The translations under genes and the position numbers were made by a program. A stretch of 64,000 bases of DNA, taken from the NCBI GenBank assembly GCA_030141605.1, contig JAQGDQ010000008.1, positions 558,001-622,000 on the forward strand, in the 5' to 3' direction. Position 1 is the first letter of the stretch, and the number at the start of each line of letters is the position of its first letter. A model generated the notes under the pieces. It was not told the origin of the DNA. It made no database searches and saw only the letters and a list, made by a program, of their open reading frames with translations. Below, one piece after another: positions 1 to 11,600 of this stretch. The stretch comes from Tubiluchus corallicola (taxonomy: Eukaryota > Animalia > Priapulida).

Positions 1-199
1 TCATGTCACATTTATCGATCCACCCATTCGGCCCACCTGCTGGATAACTCAGCCCGCCTGCTAGAAGTAACAAGGTTCTATCATCCACTCAAACATGACT
101 ATCATGTTGCAAATTTCAACAACTTGGTGAAGAAGGAAACAAATTTCTCCAAATTTTATTTTTGGCCTTCAATCACCTTTCCAAGGTCAAAGTGTGGCC

Positions 200-443
200 C
201 TCTGCAAGCTACGATCCAGCACTCATTGGCAGAGCCTACTCAAAATACATGTAGATGGGTAATGCTTAAAGAGAACCTATTTTTTGCCAAAAGTAACCGT
301 CTATAATGAGTCTGGATTGGCAGAATTGTCTCAGCCAAGTTCAGCTGCTCTCTCAATATGCAAGAGTGGCACACTAAATAAAACCCTCACATAGCCAGTC
401 ACCCTCCATTTATAAACCAGGCTTGATGTGGATTAACTTCGAT
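200..443 (-). mobile_element. SINE-like copy with a 5S rRNA-related segment (related pieces at ~26287-26360, 27670-27780, 31705-31800, 33835-33880, 42135-42290, 53617-53690, 60281-60334)
   Basis: 394-443 resembles the reverse complement of the 5S internal control region (GAAGTTAAGC..CTGGTTAGTACTTGGATGGGTGACC). The body carries the shared gagtgctggat..gcttgc motif. Confidence 0.55.
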
Positions 444-829
444 TACTACAAATACAATAATCACTCAGCTCTTCCGTCAACCTATAGAAAAATCATGCAC
501 CAAGATAGCAGTAACATATATCCAATAACTTCTCACCTTTAAGGCAAACATGACCTTTTAATAAATCTTTCAAAAGCTATGAGAGGTATTATCAGTCCCT
601 TCATGGGTAGAAAAATGAAAAGCCTTGAAGTTAGAAGCACAAAAGTAGCAAGCACTTATGAAATTTATAACTAGGAACTGTTACCACTAAGTTTTTAACC
701 CTTACATACAATGAATAATAAACCTGCATATAACATGGTAACTACCAAAATTAGACTATTAGTAAATTCAGAAACGAAACCTGCAAATGAATTGAGTTTT
801 GAAATGCATACAGACAATAGCATACTTAC

Positions 830-1189
830 AGGATATTTGTCTGCAAACTTCAAGCGATAGGGCTTTGTCTGGCATATCCTTGGCTTAGTTCGGGTGCCGC
901 GATCAGGTTTTACAAACTGTTTCACACCAAGTGCACCAGTATGTGCTATGCCCCATACGTAAATACGATCGACTCTTTTGCTGTCTGCTCCCACATACTG
1001 ATATATAGGCATCTCATCAATGCTAAAGGGCTCTAATTTCTTTCTGACACTTGTCACAGTTGTAGAGAAACAATTGCTTATACATGGGAGAGTTTTGTGC
1101 AGCCAGTAAGACATTAAGAGCAGCTTATTTTGCTCAGCATAGAGGTTCTGGTTTTTAGCTACAATCCGGCACAGCTGGTTTACCATCAT
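830..1189 (-). CDS. RCC1L: RCC1-like mitochondrial protein (RCC1L/WBSCR16), first coding exon; remainder lies left of the window
   Basis: Translation MMVNQLCR...IYQYVG...RIYVWGIAHTGALGVKQFVKP...QTKPYRLKFADKYP matches the RCC1L N-terminal motif (YVG...VWG..GALG..FV.P...PYRL). It ends at a GTAAGT donor (829-824). The N-terminus resembles a mitochondrial presequence. Confidence 0.85.
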
Positions 1190-2621
1190 GGTTGCTTGGT
1201 CCTTCAATTACATACTATAGCACATTAACGAATGAATGATTCAACTGTTCTACATGTCATGCTGTTCTTTCTGACTACATTACATTCCCAGGCACTATTC
1301 CAGTCCTGCAAAAGCAGTAATATCCTGAATAAGAGATAAGTTAGTGAACTTTTTGCATCCATACTTAAGAAACCTTGTTACAATTTAGCACATGGTGTTA
1401 TTATCTTAATGGTATACATATATCAGATGGCGCAGAAAACATGTTTAGATTACAATAACATTAGAAGCAATTGAAATTTCACAGCATGACACAACAGTAT
1501 ATTAACTTTTGGCTGTGAAAGATACAAGTTTATCCCTTTGGTAGTTTTTAAGTTATGGCTTGTCTTGCTTGTTATAAATTTAAACGCTGGAGCAATGTCA
1601 GCTAATCATCAATTGAAAAATAGCCGCATCTCCATATTTAAAACACTCAGTACACATAGCAGCAAAATAATAAAGAATTCAACCAGTTTATATTATGCTC
1701 TTCACAACAGAAAATAAAGTACTGACAAAGCCTTGTTGTCAAGAAAAAATGAAACCTATGGTTTCTCTTTCTTGAGAAACTGTACGATGACCACACAAAG
1801 CCGCTTGATGTAGAGAAACTAAAGGCAAAAAGTGCTAAACACTGGGACTAAATACCCCTTACGTAAGTAAAAAACTATGTCAGCTGTTGGAAGAAAAGCG
1901 TTTGTCTAGTTTGTAGTGAAAATGGTCGTCACATAAACAGTTGCTGTAATTTTAACAATAGTGATCAAACTTATTCCAGCACTTATTTTTTCACTTGTTG
2001 TTTTAAAACGTCTATGTCTTTGCAAAAATTTAAGAGAAAGAACTAAAATTTTAGGAATGTACCAAAAAGCATCTGTAACATCAGTGTGTTAATTTTCAAG
2101 CAATACCATCATTTTCATCTCGTAACAATGTGATCAAAACTTGATACATTAGCGGACATTTCCATTAGGTCATTAATGATTTTAGCAGGTGATGACACCG
2201 TTAAGAACTGTAAACAGCAGGCATTAATCCAAAAAAATAGTACAGTAAAAATATACTGATGTGCTGAAACATTCTGATCAACTAACAAAGAAATGTGACT
2301 GAGTACTAAGTCATAATAGTAAATACTTATACAACAATAATATGCTGGGAGTATATGTATGTATAACTTGGTGTGACCATAACGGACTTTGTATGGTTTA
2401 ATATTGTTATGCCTATACATTTGTTAGCAGGGCCAGTGCTAGGAAGTGCGAGGCCCAATTAGAAAATTCTACAAGAGGCGAAGATTGATGTTTTATGCTT
2501 TCAGGAAGTATTCAAATATCTCAGCCAGGAATAAGCAACAACAAGAAGTATATTTGTGGCTTTAATATACAGATCGCAAGATATGTTTAGCCCCGGCCAA
2601 CTTATAATATATACACACACT

Positions 2622-2640
2622 TATATATATATATACAACT

Positions 2641-2668
<28 letters not shown>
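2622..2668. repeat. (TA)n microsatellite, interrupted
   Basis: TA dinucleotide runs seen directly. Confidence 0.9.
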
Positions 2669-2671
<3 letters not shown>

Positions 2672-3124
2672 ACCTAAAAATGTCATGCACCTGTAAGTAA
2701 ACTTGCATTTTTAATAAGGGGCAGCTGATCAAGTGACAAATAGGTCTTTCGCTACTCTTTCTCTGTTGCAATGAAATGTAAAAATAAAAAAGAAAATAAA
2801 ATCGAATTGAATTGGTCAGCGGTTGCTATACGATTGTACGTCCCCCGCCCTGCGAGTTTGGCGACCCTAGCTTGCAGGGCTTACGAGTTACTAAGTGTTA
2901 AAGTGGCGGAGAATAAATAAATATTATGAACTCAATGAAAAACAGTAGTAGTACTAAGATTTTGCTATAGCAAAATCTTAATTATCGGAAACACTTTAGC
3001 ATTATTATAGGTGCTAAAACATAGATATTGCTGTATTTCAAAATGGGGTAGAACATGAAAAATCATCCTGTCTTCCTTTAACTTAAAATTGAATAACCTT
3101 ATAATTTCATAGCTATATAGATCA

Positions 3125-4800
3125 GAATGCTGGCATTGATGGAATGATGTTTAAATAAACTGAACAGTGGTTACATGGAAGAAACAAGTGGTTTTATGTT
3201 AAGTGGTTTTAAACAGAGATATGTCTTCGTGGGGGTGAAGCACATCAATGGATGTGTACTCCGGCCTGTTTTGTTTTAATCTTCATAAATGATACGGATG
3301 ACAGCATTTCCAGTGCTATTCTAAAGTTTGCTGATGGTACCAAGATTTTTAAAGCAGCGGGCAGTTCTGGAAATGCCTTCACTATACAGGAAGGCTTGAG
3401 CAAAATGTATGAGTGCTCATTTGACTGACAAATGCTGTTTAATGCAGAGAAGTGTGAAAGCATTCAGTTTGGTTTAAATAATATCCATTATGATTATTTT
3501 ATGGGAGACAAGACCACTTGCAAAGTCTAAGAGCAAGCTAACACTGTTTTTGACTGTCTCTTCTCAACGATTTGCAAAATTGAGGCACATTTGATGCGTT
3601 TTATTACTGAATTGGTCAGAATTCTAAAGTTACAGATCTGGGAATGTTAATAAATGAGTCACTGAAGTCTAGCAGGCAATGTGCGGAAGCAGTCAGAATG
3701 GCTCACAGAATGTTAGACATAAAATTAAAAAGGTCCTTTATTAATGAGAACATAAAGGTAATAGTAAAATTTTAGACAATACTTGGATTACTGCAATCAG
3801 GCACAGATACCAATATGAGAAAAGATATTAGATTGCTTGAAGGTGTCCAAAAAGAGAGCTATAAACCTGACTGAGTGTCCTAGTAGTTTTGAATGCTTAA
3901 CATAAAAAAAATTATGAACAACAATTGAACAGATGTAGGTTTGCAGGAAGCAGTGTTTGGAGCGGAGTAAGACACTAGCCGAAGTAGGACAATTGGCATA
4001 CATGGGCTAGCCCAAGTGGGACGCATCGTACATGGGCTAGCCCAAGTAGGACGTGTCACACATGGGCTGCACAAGTAGGACACTAGGGACAGGTAAAGAA
4101 CCGAGTCGTTAACCATACTGGCAGCATCTGATGCCTTTGTTTACTTAATAATAATAATTGAAAACGTCAATACACGTCGAATAATTTATTATACATCTGA
4201 TAAAATAACATAATCTTATTCTGAGCTAGTAGAACGGCCAATATTAAATTTGGCTTCTATACTAATCTTTTTGAAGTGAAATAAGCCTGCTTTTTAGGCA
4301 ATTTCAACTTTTGCTCACGGTATATCATGTTTTATTTTGTCTCGCTTCACAGACATGTGATCCGTTTCACTAACTCTTGGACAAATAATTGTTTTCTATT
4401 AAGTAAACGGGCTAGCGAGTTACGTGCCTACACAGTTCCTCTTTTTCAAGCATTAGGTACTTAGTTTAATGTTATGATGATATTAATGGGGCTAATAATA
4501 ATGGTATTGTTGTAAAAATGCATTTGCAAATTGTCAAGGACTATCCATCATTATTATAAAGTTACTTTTCTTTAGTTTTATGTTTTATTATGTCATAATT
4601 CTCGATTCTCGACAGAAATCGCCAGTGCCCTACTTGGGCTGCCCATGTATGACACTGCTTTTCCACAAATTTAGCACATGCACTTTAGCAGAAGTGTCCT
4701 ATTTTAGGTAGTGGCGTACTCCGTGCCTTACAGCTATGGACTGTACCAGTGTAAATGCTATCAAGTCACTTGGAGGAGTATTTGAAGAAGATTGGTGAGC
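3125..4800 (+). mobile_element. Decayed CR1/L2-type LINE reverse-transcriptase 3' fragment, interrupted by a MITE
   Basis: Broken frames give ..VLRPVLFLIFINDTDDSISSAILKFADGTKIF.. (RT motif, FADD changed to FADG), then F N A E K C, D L G, and I D C L E V Q K R A motifs. The 3' end resumes at about 4735. Confidence 0.75.
3950..4735. mobile_element. Non-autonomous DNA transposon (MITE-like) with degenerate long TIRs and ~30-bp subterminal repeats
   Basis: 3950-4090 (cggagtaagacactagccgaagtaggac...catgggctagcccaagtgggac x3) is the reverse complement of 4620-4735 (cctacttgggctgcccatgtatg...gtcctattttaggtagtggcgtactccg). It sits inside the LINE. Confidence 0.6.
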
Positions 4801-4910
4801 GGAGCACTACACAAGCTTGTCCAGGCTTACAATCTCAGCTACCACTGCCATCGATTACATTGTCATTTTGATGAAGTTGGTTACCATCAGTATGTATAAT
4901 ACTGTTCAAA

Positions 4911-5277
4911 AAATTTGGCACTCTATTAGAATCCAGGTCCCGCTCGATTTTCGTCCAGCTATCTTTAAACTCTTCATACCGATAAATTTACTTAAAATAA
5001 TTATATAGTTATTAGCAAGTAATTTTAGGTCATTTAAGCAGACAATTTATTTATTCAGTCACACGAACCAACGTTTCGACTGAACAAAGTCATATTCAGC
5101 ATTATCTCAATTATTAAATAAATAATGTCTATTTTCACCGAATTCTATACGCAAAGTATTGACGAGCAATCGTGAGAGTAGCGTAAATCGTTATAATGCG
5201 CCAAGCAATCATATTGAATAAGTGATCGCTCGGCGAAAATCGACTGGAACCTGGATTCTAATGAAGTGCCAAAAATT
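4911..5277. mobile_element. MITE-like element with ~45-bp imperfect terminal inverted repeats
   Basis: tttggcactctattagaatccaggtcccgctcgattttcg (4914-4953) pairs with cgaaaatcgactggaacctggattctaatgaagtgccaaaaa (5234-5275). Confidence 0.6.
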
Positions 5278-5531
5278 CTCAAATCATTTAGAAAAAGTAC
5301 AAATTGAAAGTGACAACCAAAATTAAAATACTGTGACACAAACGTAGTTACAAAAATTACTTTATACATTCCAGTCACAAAAGAAAGGCGTTTCATTTAT
5401 TCTTGCCAACTTAAATGTAGTTATTACCACATATTAACATGTTGTTTAAGGAGGCAGACATCTTTTTACAGTGGTCTGTTACTGTATTTCTGTAGACGGC
5501 AATGCCTTATGGGTAGGTTTATGTTTACAAC

Positions 5532-5648
5532 ATGGCGTCGTCCTTGTCGGGTAATTTGTCAGAACCATATAGTCAAGGAAAGAAGTATGAAAGATTTAAT
5601 GAAAGTGCGGAAGATGCAGGACAACGTCATGGTCAACCAATGAAGCCG
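5532..5648 (+). CDS. OCIAD1: OCIAD1 exon 1
   Basis: caacATGG start context; MASSLSGNL...GQPMKP; phase-0 GTACCT donor compatible with exon 2. Confidence 0.7.
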
Positions 5649-8600
5649 GTACCTTAGACTAGGCAAATTTTAGCTTGCTAATTGATTTTCAATGGGCGTA
5701 GTACTAATACTATTGTATTGGTTGTACTGTCTCGCCTCTTCTTACAGTCTCAGGCGTGCGGAAGGAGTTAGCGGTGTTAACTCACCTTCGTGGTGAGTAA
5801 ACCCTGATTTCCGTCTCTTGCACCAATCTCTCATCCACTGAGTGGCTATCCAAATCACACACTTGTCCAGTTGTTCGTTGTTGGTTTACTCTCCTTCTAA
5901 TATACCCACTGCACTGGTATTAAAATAGGAGGTTTCTCGCACGGAGTTCTGAATCAAGTTTATGTTTGAAACTATTTACATTATTTTCACTCACTAATGA
6001 TTCTGGTAATGAGTTCCACAGTATTACTTCGGCTTGTGAAAAACTATGCCCAGACTTTTCAGTATTAACCCTATGCTTGTAGTTGTACAATTTAACACCA
6101 TGCCCACGTGTAATGCTTCTGTTTAGTGTAAAAAAACTGGTTTGCATTGATGTCAGTAAATCCCTTAAGAATCTTGAACATTTCAACAAGTCTCCCCCTA
6201 CGTTTTCTTGCAGAAAGTCGATACAAGTCTAATTTTTGCAAATATGAGAGTCCTTCACAACCTATGATCATGTCCACAGCTCGTGCTTGTACCTGCTCCA
6301 CAGCACGGATGTCCTTGAAATAGTAAGGGTCCCATACCTGACTGACCCTATTCGAGATGAGGACAAATAAGAGAATTGTATAGTGGGAGAATTAGCTCAG
6401 TTCTTCTGGAAGTTATGGTTCTACTAATTAATCCAAGGATTTTGTTACTCTTAGTAATTTTCTTAGAGACATGACTTCAAAAATTTAGTTTACTATCTAC
6501 TAACAGTCCAAGATCCACCTCCTCAGTGACTACAGGCAAATCAGCATCACCAAAGCTGTATGTGGCTGGATTGGTCTGATTACCCTCATGCACCACCTTG
6601 CATTTACCATCGAGTGTGTTAAATTCCATCTGCCATTTATCAGCCCATGCACAGTCTTCTTGGAGCTGTCTCACTTACATAGAACAACATATTGGATATG
6701 CTAATTTGGTATCGTCAGCAAACTTGAGTAGCCGACTAACTACATTATCATCCATGTTGTCAATGAAGATGAGAAATAACAGGGGTCCGAGGACACTTCT
6801 TTGTGGCACTCCTGATAGAACTGGGACGGTAGAAGAATTACAACCCTTGACTTCGACATATTGGAATCTGTCACTTAGCCGTGCTGTTACCCAGTTAAGC
6901 AGGCTGTCCTTGAATACCATATGCCTCAAGTTTAAGCAGCAATCTTCTATGTGGGGCTTTGTCAAACTTTGAACGTTGTTCGGATGTGTTTTGCAATTTG
7001 GCAGATTTTAGCTTAAAAGCATTGATTAAGTGTGTGAATTTTTATCAAGTTAATTGTAAACTAGGCATATATATAATATTTTTTCCTTATGAGTTTCCCA
7101 CGGTTCGTGTAAAGATGGAGATGATTTGAAGTTTAGGCTAATGAAACTACTTCATGTTTGGGATATCTCTCTTTTTTAACAAAGAATAAGTTTATTAACA
7201 TGAGGGTACTCTGGAAAAAAGCTAAGTCGGGATAATTAGCCAATAATAACATTCACTAAAAATCAATAAGAGATTAGCAAATTTAAGCAAGATAATTTAT
7301 AGCATACTAATTAGTAATATTATACTTACTAACTTGATATTATAGACAGATAAATGTAATTGTTACAATTACCAACTTAAGGTTTTTGTTTTTAGACTAA
7401 AATTATGAACTGCACTACTAGTGAAAGGGATGCAGCAGTAGATAATAAGAGGTACATCCAGGACTCATAGTGACTTGGTGACTAAAGGCAGCACAGATTA
7501 TTTACTAACAATTTTTTTTCACAGGGGGTAATTAGCTGGATTTAGTTTGCCAACACGCATAACATTGACAATAAATAATACTTACAAGCGCAAACTTATT
7601 GTTCTACAATTACCTAAATTTAACACTCAGCTTTGATGGTAATTAAGAATGTCAAATGAAAAAGAGAATGGCGAAAAGGTAAGCAGAAAAATAAGTCGGG
7701 TTGAAAAGGCATTGTGTGAATTTGTGCAAGTTGATGATAGTGGAATGCAAATGAACAAAGACAAAGTGAGTAGGAAGCCAGGAGAACAAAAAGTTCTGGA
7801 AGGAGATGAAAACAATGAAGATGAAGATGAGGAGGTTAGTTGGAATGAAATTTGTTCCAAGTATGTTAAAAGAGTAAGAGTTGGTGAGGATAGAATGAAG
7901 TGTGCATGGTGTGAAGAGTGGCTACATAGAGAATGCATAGGAATGTCTAAAAGAGCTTACAAAGTCGTAGGAACAAGCAAGTAAAAAAGTGTGGACGATA
8001 CTTTCCATTGGTATTGTGAAGTATGCAAAAAAAATTTAAAACTGTGAAAGAAGGTGTAAGCCTGGCTGTATAAAAATTACAAAAACAGCAAGAAGTTTAG
8101 GTTGACGATGGAAAAGTTGGAGTTGGTAAAAACTTTGGCAGAAACAATAGAGAATAGAATACATAAGGAAGAAAATGAGAAAATCAAGAAAAAAGAAGAA
8201 GTAGAAAAGAGGAAACTACAGAAAGAGATGGGTGATTATAAAACAAATCTGGAAAAAACTGAGAGAGAGCTTATTGAAACTAGACATAAGTACAATCTGG
8301 CACAAGATTACGTCGAACAACTAATGAAATTAAATTTAGAGTTAGAACTGGAAATAAGTCAAGGGAAAGTTCGGAGAAGCAAAACTGATGAAGAAAACAA
8401 CAAAAAGGCAAGAGAAATAAGTGATAAAATCAAGGTGATCAACTAGAAAAACCCTTGATAAAAAGGAGAAAGTGGAATGAAACGAATTAGAAATTAATTA
8501 AGAAACGAAATTTAACGAAGGGAACTTCTAGCAAATAGGAAAGGAGTAGCCAACAAACAAATCGACAGTAATGATAAGCGTGATATAATTTGTTAGTATC

Positions 8601-11600
8601 ACAAGGACTTGAAGTATTATTTCGGTGAGAATTGTAGATACAAGCTTGTGCAGTTTGGAGAAATGATTACTGTGTGCAGGTACTTCAGACAAGGTAGATC
8701 TGGAGACAAATGTAGGTTTGGACATGACAAAGAAAATTTAGATCGAGAGAGAAGAAATTAAAGTAAACAGAGGAAGATGGGAAACAGAAAGAATTGGTAA
8801 AATACTGAATGGGAGAGGGACTATCGAATGAGAGGATATGAGCGGGAAAATAGTAGTAACATGAACTAGTCAAGAGAGCTAAGAGAAAGAGATGAAAAAT
8901 GGAAGGTATGAAACAGCAATTACATTTTCTAGGCGAACAAGTGCAATAGATGGTTTTCCGAATAAATCAGAGGTGGTAAAAACTAAAAAACGGAACAAAG
9001 AGCTAAAACGAAAAGTAAGAAGGGGAAATAGTAGTAATACATTATAGTAGGTTACATAAACTGCAGGGGTTTAAAAAAATAAGGAAGAAAGTGCTAAATT
9101 AATATTAGAAGAAAAAGATTTAGAAATTATGTATATTCTTGAAGCCTTTTTAAATGATGGAGAGAAAGAAAATGAAGAATTTAATTTTAAAACAAAATAT
9201 AATGAATACAATAAAGTCGTTATTAATCGAAATGGCGAAAAAGGAGGAATCATGATTTTATTAAAAAAAGAATTAGCTAGAATAACTGATATATTAGAAA
9301 AAGTAAATGAAAATTATGAAGGGATTTGGATAATAATCAACAATGGTAGAATCAAAGTGAGAATTAGCTGTATATATGGACTGCAGGGGGGAAGGACAAA
9401 AGTTCAACAATTAGTAAGTGGAGTGGAGTAACAAAAGTAAAAATTGGCAGGATGGAAAAAATTCAGAAGGAAATGTTACAAAAACTATTATCGCAAAAGG
9501 CATCAACTAGTCATTGGGCTATGCTAATGCAAATAGGTGTGTGGCCATTTGAACAGAAAATAGATTCAAGAGACTGATGTTTTCACATAATCTAGTAAAT
9601 TCGAGTGAGTCTAGAGATGCACGAAAAATGATGGAAATTAAGTGTGTGGAGCAAAGAAATAGAAGGAAGTTGGACAGAAGAAATTAGAAGTCTTAGTGAG
9701 AAATATGATTTAGGCATATAGTTTGGGCATATAAAGACTCTTAAAAAGTCAGTCTGGAATAAGCATGTAAAAGAAAACATAAGAAAATTTATTAAAGTTT
9801 CTGCACATCACTGATATACAGAAAAACTAAGTTAAGGTTCTTAACTTATGAGCATGATAAACTCAAGTAGTATATAACTGAGTTAACACCAGAACAGACA
9901 AAAGGGGTTTTAGAGATATAGCTTAATATGCTACCATATGTAATTGTAATGTAATTATAGAAGTAAGTTTAAAGGAGATCTATGGTGCCCACTATGTGGT
10001 AAAGAAGAAGATACGACAGAGCATCTATTCAAATGTACGGTGATAAGAAATGTGCTACCAACTACAGAAGTGGATTTTGAAAATCTGATTCAGTCAGAAG
10101 ATCCACAAATGACAAAGCAGTTGGTGGAATTTGTTCAAATAGCAATAGAAACAAGAAAAAGAAGATGGTGTCTTGCTGTAAATTTAGCCAAAATAATAAT
10201 AGTCATAAACAATATATAAGCATCAAGGTTGATTACGTTACTTGTGTCTTCCATGGTGTCATTCAGTTGTGCCTATCTAACCAAATAGAGTGGACACTTA
10301 GGAAACAAAGAAACCACGAACTCTTAATTAATCCACCACTAGCAACAAGTAGTCTTAATAAACGGCGGCTTTTTTATGCGCCTGCTTTTTTCAAGCATGC
10401 ATGTGTATTAGTTTTGTCAGTCATTTTTATAACCAAGGTGTGCATAGAAACTATGCATTTTAGTCAAACATGTCTCTGTTTACTTTATTTAATCCAAAAT
10501 TTTACCCATTTGCACCGTTTGACCAGTATAATTTAATGCGTTACGTACAAAACTTTGCTTATAAGCTTACGCAGACATTTGGCAGTCAGCTCGCATTATC
10601 GCATGTATCTGACATGAAATGATGCAAAATAAAAATGACATACCTTAATGAAATGTTGGAATTGCTTATTTAACCTCAAGAAATGCACTTAGCATGATTG
10701 GGAATAATGGGTAATATAGGTAATAATTATTTACATGTCATATTTGTTCATTTTAATCCTTATAGCGTTACCGACCTGCAGAAAGCGTCCCATTTTGACT
10801 GTAGTTTTCAGAGCACTGCATGACGTTAGGGTTGCGAAATGTGTTTCCAAACTCGAAAGACATTAAATGTGAAAATGTTCGTATACGGTCTACATTTAAA
10901 TCAGAGGCTGTAACATTACTTAAGATTATAATAATTAAGGTTCTGTCATGTCATAAGTAGTGAATTTGTTATAGCCCATAAAGTGAATGACTGCCAAATA
11001 ATGTAAGCAAACAAATAGGTATATGCTATTGACTACATGTAGAACATATTACTATGAATGTGCCAGATGATTGTAGGTCTATTTGGTCACCTAGGAGAAT
11101 TTTAGCTATTTTTTGCGCCATAGTATGTGATATAAGGCATTAATCACTTGGTTATAATACAGCAAAAATACATGTTGGCTACTCCTTTTGCGTTGATATG
11201 GGAAATTTGCAGTGGTTGCTTCAAATTTATGTGGTTGATTTTGGCTAAACCTGATAGGGCTGTTATAGACTGACTGTGTGATTACTGATTAGCGAGAACA
11301 AATTTCATTAATAAAGTGTATACACTAACATTATAACTGTTTCAGCGCATGACGTTTACTCCCGATGAACTACGAGTTTTGAAAGAATGTGGCAGAGAAG
11401 CTTTTTACAAAAGAAGTAAGTTTCATTTGCATTACACACATTAAACAATGTTTTGTAAGTAAGTATGTCCAGGCAGCTATGCTAATCATTACACTGCAGA
11501 AGTTCTCTTACTTTTCCGACTCAGAAATTTACACTATGAATCAGGAATGGTCGTTCAACAAAAAGTCATTGTCCACACTGTATCAAGAAATAGCACAGAT

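Noticed and set aside
1-130. Possible next RCC1L exon at the window edge
   Set aside because: No frame gives the expected next RCC1L motif (..ACGYGFT..). The exon presumably lies outside the window.
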